DNA of 64,000 nucleotides from a virus: IMG/VR virus record IMGVR_UViG_3300036768_000843, positions 30,994 to 94,993 of that record; one strand, 5' to 3'. Shown piece by piece: positions 9,285 to 18,039 of this stretch (position 1 is its first letter; each line of letters starts with the position of its first letter). The notes under the pieces were generated by a model. It saw only the letters and a program-made list of their open reading frames with translations, ran no database searches and was not told where the DNA came from. The position numbers and the translations under genes were made by a program.

Positions 9285-9796
9285 GTCACACAGTGACTGT
9301 GCGCGTCGAGATCCGCGATCTCGACGCGCTGAAAGCGGCGGCCGAGCGCCTGGGTGCCCGCGTGCTCGGCCACGGGACCCACCAGCTCTATCAGGGTCCC
9401 GTCACCGGGTACGCGATCCAGCTGCCCAACTGGCGGTACCCGATCGTCATCGCAGGCGACCAGGTCGCCTACGATGACTACAACGGCGCGTGGGGGCGCG
9501 CTTCCGACCTCGATCGTCTCCGCGAGGAGTACGCGATCGAGGTCGCGTATCGCGCCGCCCAGGCGCAAGGATGGTACTGCGAGCGCGCGGACGGCGCGCT
9601 CCGCATCTACCATCCCGACGGTGCGGTCCTGCGCGTCGACGCGCAGGGCACCGTGGCCGTCGAGTGTGGCGCGGGGGCCTCGTGCGTCGAGATCTCCGCG
9701 CCGATCGAGCAGGCGCTCGGCCGCGCGCAGGAGCGCGTCCTTGCGCCCGAGTACTACGACGTGCAGGCGCGCGTCGTCGTGCGGGAGGGGGAGTGA
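9281..9796 (+). CDS. DUF1257 (Ycf35-like) / DUF2997 fusion
   Basis: MSHTVTVRVEIRDLDALKAA...YDDYNGAWG (DUF1257-like); GASCVEISAPIEQALG...PEYY (DUF2997-like); these families usually accompany Ycf46-type AAA. Confidence 0.75.
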   Translation: MSHTVTVRVEIRDLDALKAAAERLGARVLGHGTHQLYQGPVTGYAIQLPNWRYPIVIAGDQVAYDDYNGAWGRASDLDRLREEYAIEVAYRAAQAQGWYCERADGALRIYHPDGAVLRVDAQGTVAVECGAGASCVEISAPIEQALGRAQERVLAPEYYDVQARVVVREGE

Positions 9797-10117
9797 CCTG
9801 CCGCGCATCACATAGCGGGAGTCACTCCCTCTCGACACCCGGCCAACAGGCCAGGATCGGCTCGGGCTCGCCGAGCCCCCGGCGTACCGCCGGGATCAGC
9901 GCGGCTACCGGCACGGACCGCGATGGAATCGCCGAGCTGGACGGCCCCTCCGGGGGTGAAGGCTTGCGCGATGTCGTCGAGTACGGACGGGCCACGGGGC
10001 CACAGGTGGGCCCAATCGAGGAGATCGGGCGTCTTGCGGGTTGGGGATTCCGCTCGGAAGCTACCCCGCCCTTCCTCGCTACATCTGCAACCCTCGACAC
10101 GCGATCCAGGGGGATCC
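9785..10117 (+). ncRNA. Putative structured ncRNA (retron msr/msd-like) upstream of RT
   Basis: About 320-bp gap in an otherwise overlap-coupled operon; hairpins 9785-9833, 9859-9877, 9878-9894, 9900-9922, 10017-10078; imperfect pairing of 9964-9981 with 10075-10090. Confidence 0.55.
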
Positions 10118-11008
10118 ATGCGTGAGCTGAAGATCCCCAAGAAGAATGGCTCGTTCCGCGTCGTGGTATGCCCGACGCGGGACGAAAAGAAACGACTCCG
10201 CGCGCTCCTGCCGCGACTTGCGGCAGCGGAGCGACGCCTCGCTGAACTGCGCGGCGTCGCGCAGGTAGCGCACGGATTCGTCACGGGGCGCAGTCCCGTG
10301 ACAAACGCCGAAGCGCACATCGGCGCGTGGCTTGCGACCGTCTCGATGGATCTGTCTGGATGGTTCGATTCGGTTCGTTGCGATCAGATCGCCGCAGCGC
10401 TACGCGCCGCCGGTGAAGATCCGGCGCTCGCCGAGCGCGTCACGGTCGACGGCGTCGCACGTCAGGGACTGCCGACGAGTCCCGTCGCTGCGAACCTAGC
10501 TGGTGTCGCTCTCGACGTCGATCTGATCGCACGGCTCGATCGGCTCGGCGTCGCGTATCGCTACACGCGCTACGCCGACGACCTCACGGTGTCGATCATG
10601 TCCGACGATCGTGCGTGCATCGATCGCGTGATCGCCTGCGCGACCGAAGCGGCAGCTGCTCAGGGCTGGGCGATCTCTACGCGCAAGACGCACGTGTACT
10701 ACGCGCGCGCTGGCCGGCGGATCGTCACGGGCGTTGCGGTCGGTGCGCAACAGATCTATCCCACGCGCGAGGTCCGCCGCCGACTGCGCGCCGGTCGGCA
10801 CCGCCGCCCGAACGCGCCCGAAACACGCGGGCTCGCCGAATGGGCACGGCTGCGCCCGCCGCGCACGCAAGAGCGACGTGTGATCCGTGGCTACGCGCCG
10901 AGCACGGTCGCGCCTGCGCCCGTGCCTACGCCGAGCGCGGTCGCGCCTGCGCCCATGCCCACGCCGAGCGTAGCCCGCGTCATTCGGCGGAAAGGAGGCG
11001 CGGAATGA
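10118..11008 (+). CDS. Retron-type reverse transcriptase
   Basis: IPKKNGSFR, AHGF, NAEAH (retron region X NAxxH), DLSGWF, QGLPTSP, YTRYADD, RIVTGV (region Y VTG); 296 aa. Confidence 0.9.
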   Translation: MRELKIPKKNGSFRVVVCPTRDEKKRLRALLPRLAAAERRLAELRGVAQVAHGFVTGRSPVTNAEAHIGAWLATVSMDLSGWFDSVRCDQIAAALRAAGEDPALAERVTVDGVARQGLPTSPVAANLAGVALDVDLIARLDRLGVAYRYTRYADDLTVSIMSDDRACIDRVIACATEAAAAQGWAISTRKTHVYYARAGRRIVTGVAVGAQQIYPTREVRRRLRAGRHRRPNAPETRGLAEWARLRPPRTQERRVIRGYAPSTVAPAPVPTPSAVAPAPMPTPSVARVIRRKGGAE

Positions 11009-12504
11009 CCGAGAACGAAACGCGGCAGATCGTAGCTGACTACGGCTGCGATATCACGTGCGCGGAAGGCGCGCGTGCGTACCTGCGCGCGACGGTGCCC
11101 AGCGCGCCGTCGAAGATCGAAACGGCTCGCGACTACGTCTGGATCGTCCGTCGAGTCGCGCCGTGGACACATGGTGTGGACGACCGGCTGATCGCCGCTG
11201 TGTGGCGGAAGCCGTCGATCCGGCCGAGAGCGTGGATCGATCCCGCCGACCTCGGTCGGCAGTGGATCGACTATTGGCACGAGGCGGCTCCCCGCCCCGC
11301 TGTCGGGTCGTGCTACAACCCGACGCCCGAGACGGTTGCGCGGGCGTGGCGGCTCGGGATCCCGGCCGAGCGCGTTCGGGCGCTCGGGTCGGCACTCTCC
11401 GGACTCCCCGCTTCCTGGCGGGGATCGCGCGATCGGATCCTGGCGCTCTTGCGCGTCGCTCGCGTAGGATTCTCGATCTACCCTGAGGAGATCAAGACTG
11501 CCGATCTGCGGCGGCTCGCGCGACTGTCGCGGGCTGCGCTCCGATATCTCGTCAGTGTCAGTGCAATATTCGTTGACGATTCTGGCCGGATCGACTGGCA
11601 GCGCATCGCTCGCGCACTGCGCAAGTACACGCGGCTGCCGCGCGAAGAGCTGATGCTCGCGCGTGTGCCGGCCACTGACTGGCAGCATTGGACGAACCTG
11701 GGGGTCGTCCAAGGCTGGATCGAACGTACGCCAGATGCCGCGGAGAGGCTGCTTGCCGCGATCAGCAAGCGACTCGGGGTTGTGCTACGTGGCCCCAATG
11801 ATCTGTACGACCAGATCGAGCGTCGTGCGAATGTCCGGCAGGCACGGCAGGCAAAGGTCAGCGTGTCGCCGCCGAAAACGCCAGCGGCGAAGCTTCGCGA
11901 GCTGCGCATCGCAGCGTGGCGGCGTGGCATCGCCGCGATCAGAGACGCAGTCGACACGGTCGAACTCGTCGCTGGGACGCTCGCCACATGCGGGTGGTGG
12001 CTTACACGGGAAGCTAAGCTCGTCACGCAAGCTGAGTACTCGGACTGGACTGACTTTTGCGATCCTTGGCTATCGGCGCGCCGGGCCGGCGTGTGGACAC
12101 TGACAGCACCCGGCGAAATCAAAAAATATATCTCGATCGTCCGACAATACGTCATGCCAGTCTATGGCATCGTACGGGCGCTAGACGATACGACAGTCGA
12201 GATCGTACAGATCGATCTGCCGGCGACGGTCCGGCACTACGCGCCCGCGCTCGTCGAGCGGTACGGAGTGCCGGTGCGGATCGACTACCGCTTCCCGGTG
12301 ATCGCCAACGGGCAACTCGTCGAATGTCCGCTGCCCGCTCGGACCATTCGATCGACCGCGACGACGACGGCGATCGATCTGTCGACGCCAAAAACTTCAC
12401 AGTCACAGATTGAAATGCACACGACACGGTCGGTGCTCTCCGGCGCTCTTCGCGTCATCAGAATGCAGAGTCAACAAGGACATGGAGAACATGGAGAACC
12501 TTGA
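11005..12504 (+). CDS. Unknown 499 aa protein translationally coupled to RT
   Basis: AAAGGAGG RBS, ATGA overlap with RT stop; no recognised domain. Confidence 0.7.
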   Translation: MTENETRQIVADYGCDITCAEGARAYLRATVPSAPSKIETARDYVWIVRRVAPWTHGVDDRLIAAVWRKPSIRPRAWIDPADLGRQWIDYWHEAAPRPAVGSCYNPTPETVARAWRLGIPAERVRALGSALSGLPASWRGSRDRILALLRVARVGFSIYPEEIKTADLRRLARLSRAALRYLVSVSAIFVDDSGRIDWQRIARALRKYTRLPREELMLARVPATDWQHWTNLGVVQGWIERTPDAAERLLAAISKRLGVVLRGPNDLYDQIERRANVRQARQAKVSVSPPKTPAAKLRELRIAAWRRGIAAIRDAVDTVELVAGTLATCGWWLTREAKLVTQAEYSDWTDFCDPWLSARRAGVWTLTAPGEIKKYISIVRQYVMPVYGIVRALDDTTVEIVQIDLPATVRHYAPALVERYGVPVRIDYRFPVIANGQLVECPLPARTIRSTATTTAIDLSTPKTSQSQIEMHTTRSVLSGALRVIRMQSQQGHGEHGEP

Positions 12505-12814
12505 ACACAAGCCCAAGTACTTGGGCGACGTCGGCAGCGTGTACGTGACCCAACGTGCTGCGCAGGAGTACGCCGATCATCGCGGCCTGTCTTTGGAAGA
12601 CGCGCGCCGAGAGCTCACCGAGCTTCTCGTCGACGCCTACCAGCCGCTGGCGGCGCAAACCGAAGGCGGCGGCTACCACTACTGGAGGCGACGTTCTCGG
12701 GCGGCGCGTGTGGACATCTCCGCGCGCGTCTCGTACGAGGGCCGCCTTGCCGTCGTCGTGGCCGTGACCGCAAGGCACTACAACCCACCGAAGAAAAGGA
12801 GAGTTGCACAATGA
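12491..12814 (+). CDS. Hypothetical protein
   Basis: GGAG RBS; alternative start at 12482. Confidence 0.6.
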   Translation: MENLEHKPKYLGDVGSVYVTQRAAQEYADHRGLSLEDARRELTELLVDAYQPLAAQTEGGGYHYWRRRSRAARVDISARVSYEGRLAVVVAVTARHYNPPKKRRVAQ

Positions 12815-12984
12815 CGAGTATCCGAGAGATTGCCCTACACTGCGAGCGTGCGGACCGTTCGCTGCGCGACTGGTGGATCGAGCTGGAAAGGGTCTTGCGC
12901 CCAGAGATCATGCAGGATCTCCGCGTCGTGCTCGACGCCCTCCAAGAGATCGAAACGATCGTCACGGAAGGGACAAGATCATGA
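12811..12984 (+). CDS. Small hypothetical protein (57 aa, not in ORF track)
   Basis: MTSIREIALHCE...EGTRS*; ATGA overlaps at both ends. Confidence 0.55.
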   Translation: MTSIREIALHCERADRSLRDWWIELERVLRPEIMQDLRVVLDALQEIETIVTEGTRS

Positions 12985-13565
12985 ATGCAAACGAAGTTCG
13001 AGAGGTGCTGTACGATGCCTTTGATCTGTACGGCAATTTTTTGGCGCATGCGATCGGCGGCTTCGCCCACGTCGCCGACGAGATCTTGGATCGACACAGC
13101 GACGTTATCCGGCAACTGGTCACGCTCTTTCCCCAGCCGCCCGAGGTGCCGCTCTATCGCGGCGTGTTGCTCGACCCCAAGGTCATGCTCGGCCCCGGCT
13201 TTCGTTACGTGTCGTGGACCGAAGATCGCGACGTCGCGCTCTGGTTCGCGTCGCCGACATCGTACATCTCACGCGCGGTGCATCAGATCTACCCGCACTA
13301 TCGCGGCTACCTGCTGACGATCGATGCGCCGATCTCGCGCGTGTTGTTTCACTACTCCTGGGTCGATCCTTCCGAGTTCGCGCGCTGGGCCAGCCAGCGC
13401 TTCGGATCCGAAGTCGCACGTCAGATCGAATGGTCGCTGCGGCATCAACGCGAGGTCATCACGGAGTCGTGCCGGCTGCCGATCCCCGATACAGTCGACG
13501 ATAGGCTCGTCGACATCGGCGCGCTCGACGCGAAGCTGACCCCACCTTGGCTTTTGGGGAATTGA
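12981..13565 (+). CDS. ADP-ribosyltransferase-like protein
   Basis: LYRG, VSWTEDRDVALWFA, QREVI: R-S-E type ART signature. Confidence 0.65.
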   Translation: MNANEVREVLYDAFDLYGNFLAHAIGGFAHVADEILDRHSDVIRQLVTLFPQPPEVPLYRGVLLDPKVMLGPGFRYVSWTEDRDVALWFASPTSYISRAVHQIYPHYRGYLLTIDAPISRVLFHYSWVDPSEFARWASQRFGSEVARQIEWSLRHQREVITESCRLPIPDTVDDRLVDIGALDAKLTPPWLLGN

Positions 13566-13568
13566 CAA

Positions 13569-13889
13569 ATGACGACTTGGCTCATGAACTCCGCGGTTAT
13601 CCCCGAGGGCTGTTACGGGTCGTACGCGTTCGAGCCGGCGACCGTCGATGATCTCAGGCAAATCGTCCGGCACGCCGAATCGCGAATCGGCTATGACGCA
13701 ACGGCCAATCAGATCGAGCGGTGGACCGGGTATCGACCCGAGATCCGCCGCGATTCGTGCGCGCTCGCGGTCGGCGACGTGGCTTACGTTGTCCGATTGC
13801 GGTATCGGATCCAAGATCCAAGGGACAAGCACTTCCAGCGGCCCGTCGAAGATCAGTTCGAGATCGGCAAGCTGACGAGGCTTGCATGA
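13569..13889 (+). CDS. DUF1874 / STIV B116 / AcrIII-1-like protein
   Basis: WLMNSAVI...SRIGYDATA...R....L..GD..YV.RL..R...LTRL pattern and size resemble the YddF/B116 family. Confidence 0.65.
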   Translation: MTTWLMNSAVIPEGCYGSYAFEPATVDDLRQIVRHAESRIGYDATANQIERWTGYRPEIRRDSCALAVGDVAYVVRLRYRIQDPRDKHFQRPVEDQFEIGKLTRLA

Positions 13890-13914
13890 TCTCTGTGAAA
13901 ACTGCGCAGGCTGA

Positions 13915-14562
13915 CTAGATCATGATCCCAGCTCGTCGCAGCAAGTCCGCGACTTGCGCAACTCGGTCTGAGCGAAACACGGGCAGTTCTGACGCCTCGC
14001 CGGTCTTCTCGGCGTTGGCCATGACGAAGTTGGTGAGCTGTCGCAGCGTCTTGGACAGCTGCGGGTTATTCGTGATCAGATCGCGGCCGGCTGCAGCTTC
14101 GCGCAACGTAAAAGCGTACAGCTCGGCCCAGCTGTCCGGACCTCGGCCATAGGTACGCGCGAACGCTTGCAGCGCCGCGCGTGGCATTGCGTACGCACCA
14201 TGGTAGAGCTTCACGAGTTTCCAAAAGTCGCGCCCGTGCCACTCGACGCCAGCCTTCGCGAGGTCGGACTTGGCCTGGCGCGCGTACAGCTTGGCTTGTC
14301 GGACGCCGACACGCAACGCGAGGTCGGGATCTGTCGTAAGGCGCGTGAACTCGTCCTGTGTGAGGCCGAGCATCTCGACTTCATCGGGATGAACCTGAAA
14401 TAGACCGCGCTCGCCGAGGCTGGTCGTGACATCGGGACGACCGCCTGATTCCGTGTCGATCCACGCAAGCAGTGCGTCGACGGGAACCCACGTCGCGATA
14501 CGTTCGAGCTTCCTGCGCCAGCGCTCGGTAGTTGCGCCGCCTTTGGGCCAAGTCTTCGCCAT
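13915..14562 (-). CDS. Lytic transglycosylase (SLT-like)
   Basis: TESGG catalytic Glu, GLFQV, YHG motifs. Confidence 0.75.
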   Translation of the reverse strand: MAKTWPKGGATTERWRRKLERIATWVPVDALLAWIDTESGGRPDVTTSLGERGLFQVHPDEVEMLGLTQDEFTRLTTDPDLALRVGVRQAKLYARQAKSDLAKAGVEWHGRDFWKLVKLYHGAYAMPRAALQAFARTYGRGPDSWAELYAFTLREAAAGRDLITNNPQLSKTLRQLTNFVMANAEKTGEASELPVFRSDRVAQVADLLRRAGIMI

Positions 14563-14598
14563 GCGCGGGATTGTATCACGGCAACCTTGCACTCGTAG

Positions 14599-14624
14599 GA
14601 GTGATCACGGTTGCCCATTGTCGC
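14599..14624. repeat. 26-bp direct repeat, copy 1 (copy 2 at 15467-15492)
   Basis: gagtgatcacggttgccc(a/g)ttgtcgc. Confidence 0.8.
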
Positions 14625-14714
14625 GAGCAGTGCGGGCCTCGACGATCGAGGTCGCGAAACGCGCCTATGGGAGCCTGTGAGACGATCGCGTGAGCGATCG
14701 TGGTACTGTAAGAC

Positions 14715-14888
14715 ATGCTCGCGCTCGACCCGTTCTACGAGATGTTTCCGACGTCGTATCGTCGGTCGTATCCATGGTATCGGTACTCGTGGGGTGAAGC
14801 GCCAACATCGTCAGCTCGTCCCGGTGTCGCCATTGGCGTTGGCGTGATCGCGCTCAGCCTTGGGGCCTTGTTTCTGGCGCGGCGGTAG
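14715..14888 (+). CDS. Small Tyr-rich membrane-anchored protein (57 aa, not in ORF track)
   Basis: MLALDPFYEMFPTSYRRSYPWYRYSWGEAP...VAIGVGVIALSLGALFLARR*; same design as 1512-1805. Confidence 0.65.
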   Translation: MLALDPFYEMFPTSYRRSYPWYRYSWGEAPTSSARPGVAIGVGVIALSLGALFLARR

Positions 14889-14890
14889 TT

Positions 14891-15361
14891 GTGACAACCT
14901 CCGTCTGGAAACGTCACCGCGTCGCGCCGATCAAGATCGAGACGCGCCTCGGCCGTTGCCTTAGCAACGCGATCCGGACGTGCCCCGTTCCGCAGCACTT
15001 CAAGGGCTGTCCCGAGATCGCGCACGTTGCGGCACGCGCTGTCGAGCGGCTCGGTTACGAGGCCATTATTGTCGTCGGGCGCGGACAAACAGTGACCGGC
15101 GAGATTGTTGGCCACGTGTGGGTTGAGATCCCGACGCTCGACCTCGGCGTCGAAACCAACCCGAGTCAGATGCACGGCGCGCCGATGCTCGCGATGGTGG
15201 TCGACATTGAAGATTTCGAAGCGTACGAAACCGTCGGCTACTATCCCGAGGTGCTACAGCAGATCCGCGACGCCAGCGCCGCGCGCCTGCTCGTCACTGA
15301 CGCCGCCGATCGGCTCTACAACAAGCTCGCGGACCAAGTCGCAACCTGCGTTCGGAGGTGA
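14891..15361 (+). CDS. Hypothetical protein, possible transglutaminase-like fold
   Basis: Cys in FKGCPE and GHVWVE strand. Confidence 0.45.
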   Translation: MTTSVWKRHRVAPIKIETRLGRCLSNAIRTCPVPQHFKGCPEIAHVAARAVERLGYEAIIVVGRGQTVTGEIVGHVWVEIPTLDLGVETNPSQMHGAPMLAMVVDIEDFEAYETVGYYPEVLQQIRDASAARLLVTDAADRLYNKLADQVATCVRR

Positions 15362-15694
15362 ACGTGACGAAGCCGCCGTTCCAACCTGAGTACGTGACCG
15401 AACGCGAGCAACCCTCTGGTGATGCGGCTCCATCTCAGCCGTTCGACCGAGTCCTCGCTCGCGCCTGAGTGATCACGGTTGCCCGTTGTCGCCTTGCATA
15501 GCCTCGATAGCGCTTGGCGGCGGATGTTTCTCGGATCCGGTCCGACCTCGGACTCGTGACGCTCGCGCGCCCAGAAGAGAAGTTCGCTGAGAATCTCCCC
15601 GCGAACCTCCTCGCAGACGTCGGTGATCCGTGTGTCATGACACTCCTGGCACCAGACTGGAGAATCCGACGCGATCGTATGACGACATAGAACC

Positions 15695-16918
15695 TCACAA
15701 AGTGATTTCGACGACGCGAGCGTCTTTCGGCGGCGGCATCGGCGCTGTCGAAATGGCCGTGTTCAGCAACGCCACGACGAGCCGTCGTACCGTTGCGGGA
15801 CGATCCGGCCAAGGAGAGTCGATCCAGCCGTCCGTCAAGTGAATCATGACGTTGAACTTGCCCTCGGCAGCGACTCGTTTGTAGGCGGGCTGAAACAGCG
15901 TGCCCCCTCGACCCTTGAGTTGTCGTTGGATGCGCGTGGCAACGGCGTTTTTGCTACCGGGTCGGATCCAACACGCCGCGTGGACGTCGACGTCATGCAC
16001 GACGAGAAACACCGGTACGCGGCAATGTTCGACGATGGTTGCAGTTTCAGCGACGGCTTGCGCGAGCTGATCGTCGGACATCGACGCCGACGTATCGATC
16101 ACCACGGCGGCGCGGCAGCGATGTGTGATCGGTCCTGGCAAGATGATTTCGGGCGTGCTTCGCCGCGATCGTCGCGTCCACGTGACATCGTCGCGCCCAG
16201 CTTCGGATGTTGCGCGGGAAAGTACGCCACGAACCAACGCCGACCAGCGAACTTTCGCTGCCGGAACATCCAAGAAATCGGCGAGCAGGTTTCCAGTCCG
16301 TGAGCCGCTCTGGCGAGCGAGCAGCTGACTCTGTGCAGCACACTCCCGCCACTGCCGCTTGAGCTGTGCTTCGCTGGGGGTTTCTAGTTCTGATCCGGCG
16401 TCGACAACGCCGCAGCCGGCCCCGACGGGAATTTCCGTCTGAACTTGCACTTCATTGCTATTGCCTCTGCTGCCGCCGCCGCTGCCGCTGCTGCTCGCTT
16501 CGAGTTCGTCGTAGAGCTGTTCCGTCGTCTTTTTCGCCTGTTTTTCGTTGGCAATGATGCCATGCCGAGGCATCGCGAACGTACAGGTTCCGCTGCTGGC
16601 AACAGCCACCAGCGTGTAGTTGATCAGGAGATCGGCTGCCGTGTTCCATCGCGCGGGATCGCGGTCACCTCTGCGATCGTGGTGCAGCATGAGCAGGTGC
16701 ATCAGTTCGTGCGCGATCACGAACTGTAGTTCTTGATCCGAAAGCTGAGCGGCGAAGCGTGGTGCGATGCGGATACGCCCCCGCACGTCGACACATGCCG
16801 TCGACGTGGCGTCGCTCGCGATGAACTCGACGTGCGCCAACACTGGAAAGAAGAACGGTGACCGCCAGCCGAGCGTCATCGCGAGCGTCCAACATCGACG
16901 AACGAGCGCTTCAGTCAT
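15695..16918 (-). CDS. DUF2201-type metallopeptidase / VWA protein
   Basis: HELMH zincin motif, DTSASMS MIDAS, GRGGT, LTDG. Confidence 0.85.
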   Translation of the reverse strand: MTEALVRRCWTLAMTLGWRSPFFFPVLAHVEFIASDATSTACVDVRGRIRIAPRFAAQLSDQELQFVIAHELMHLLMLHHDRRGDRDPARWNTAADLLINYTLVAVASSGTCTFAMPRHGIIANEKQAKKTTEQLYDELEASSSGSGGGSRGNSNEVQVQTEIPVGAGCGVVDAGSELETPSEAQLKRQWRECAAQSQLLARQSGSRTGNLLADFLDVPAAKVRWSALVRGVLSRATSEAGRDDVTWTRRSRRSTPEIILPGPITHRCRAAVVIDTSASMSDDQLAQAVAETATIVEHCRVPVFLVVHDVDVHAACWIRPGSKNAVATRIQRQLKGRGGTLFQPAYKRVAAEGKFNVMIHLTDGWIDSPWPDRPATVRRLVVALLNTAISTAPMPPPKDARVVEITL

Positions 16919-17948
16919 GGTCGTAGTTGGGTTTCTGGTCGCGCGCACACGCGACGATGTCCGCGAGGGCGTCCTCGTTGCGCGCGTAGAAGTCCGGCAC
17001 GCGCCCCGTCGAGCGGTAGTAGATGAGCGCACCGGCAGCGGCCGTCCCGATCTTTGCTTCGAGCTTGCGACCAGCCTCGCCAGCCAGCACCACAGCCCAG
17101 CCTGCGCGACAGTGTGTTGTCTCGCACGTGTGCCAGGCGGTCATATTGAGCTGGCCGTCTCCGGATTCGATCAGCTTGAGGATCTTGGCGTCAAGTCCTC
17201 GAACGACCGGCACGTCGTCGTCGTACTTCGCGCCGCCGAGGTTCGCGCCGGTGAGGTTCGCGCCGGTGAGGTTCGCGCCGGAGAGGTTCGCGCCGGTGAG
17301 GCGCGCGCCAGAGAGGTTCGCATTGGAGAAGTTCGCGCCGGTGAAGCGTGCGTTGGAGAGGTCCGCGCCGACGAGGTCCGCGGTGGAGAGGTCCGCGGTG
17401 GAGAGGTTCGCGTTGCGGAGGTTCGCGTCGGCGAGGTTCGCCTCGGAGAGGTTCGCGTCGGCGAGGTTCGCGTCGGAGAGGTTCGCACCGACGAGGTACG
17501 CACTGGCGAGGTTCGCGCTAGAGAGGTTCGCGTCGACGAGGTGCGCGCCGGAGAGGTTCGCACCGACGAGGTACGCGCTGCGGAGGTTCGCGCTGGCGAG
17601 GTACGCGCTGGCGAGATTCGCGGTGGAGAGGTACGCGCTGGCGAGGTACGCGCTGGCGAGGTACGCGCTGGCGAGGTTCGCGCCGGTGAGGCGTGCGTCG
17701 GCGAGGTTCGCATTGGAGAGGTTCGCGCCGGTGAGGCGTGCTCCGGAGAGATCTGCAGCGGAGAGGTTCGCGCTGGAGAGGTTCGCGCTGACGAGGTTCG
17801 CGCCGCAGAGGTTCGCGCCGGAGAGGTTCGCGCTGGAGGCAACCGCTTTCTCCAACGCCGTTCGGATCGGGCACGGATCGTCGTCAGCGACCTGCGTCGC
17901 GTAGAGCACGGCACCGGTCCAGCGGTTCTTGATCTCGATGGTCTTCAT
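16911..17948 (-). CDS. Pentapeptide-repeat protein, long allele
   Basis: Many A(N/D/Y)L(S/T/A)(G/S/D) repeats between conserved [11 protein letters not shown]-terminus and [14 protein letters not shown]-terminal domain. Confidence 0.92.
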   Translation of the reverse strand: MKTIEIKNRWTGAVLYATQVADDDPCPIRTALEKAVASSANLSGANLCGANLVSANLSSANLSAADLSGARLTGANLSNANLADARLTGANLASAYLASAYLASAYLSTANLASAYLASANLRSAYLVGANLSGAHLVDANLSSANLASAYLVGANLSDANLADANLSEANLADANLRNANLSTADLSTADLVGADLSNARFTGANFSNANLSGARLTGANLSGANLTGANLTGANLGGAKYDDDVPVVRGLDAKILKLIESGDGQLNMTAWHTCETTHCRAGWAVVLAGEAGRKLEAKIGTAAAGALIYYRSTGRVPDFYARNEDALADIVACARDQKPNYDHD

Positions 17949-18025
17949 CGGGTACCTCCCTGGTCGACGGTGTCCAGCACGCGCCCCGTCGAGCGATGGT
18001 AGATGAGCGCACCGGTAGCGGACTC
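17945..18025 (-). pseudogene. 3' remnant of a pentapeptide-repeat gene
   Basis: Encodes [12 protein letters not shown]...DQGGTR, matching the paralog C-termini. Confidence 0.75.
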
Positions 18026-18039
18026 CGGCTTGGCCATAG

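Noticed and set aside
9785-11008. Group II intron
   Set aside because: The RT is too short, lacks a maturase domain, and has no domain V/VI-like RNA downstream
16767-18002. Plus-strand GEVRA-repeat ORF and similar long antisense ORFs throughout
   Set aside because: These are shadow frames of real genes in high-GC DNA
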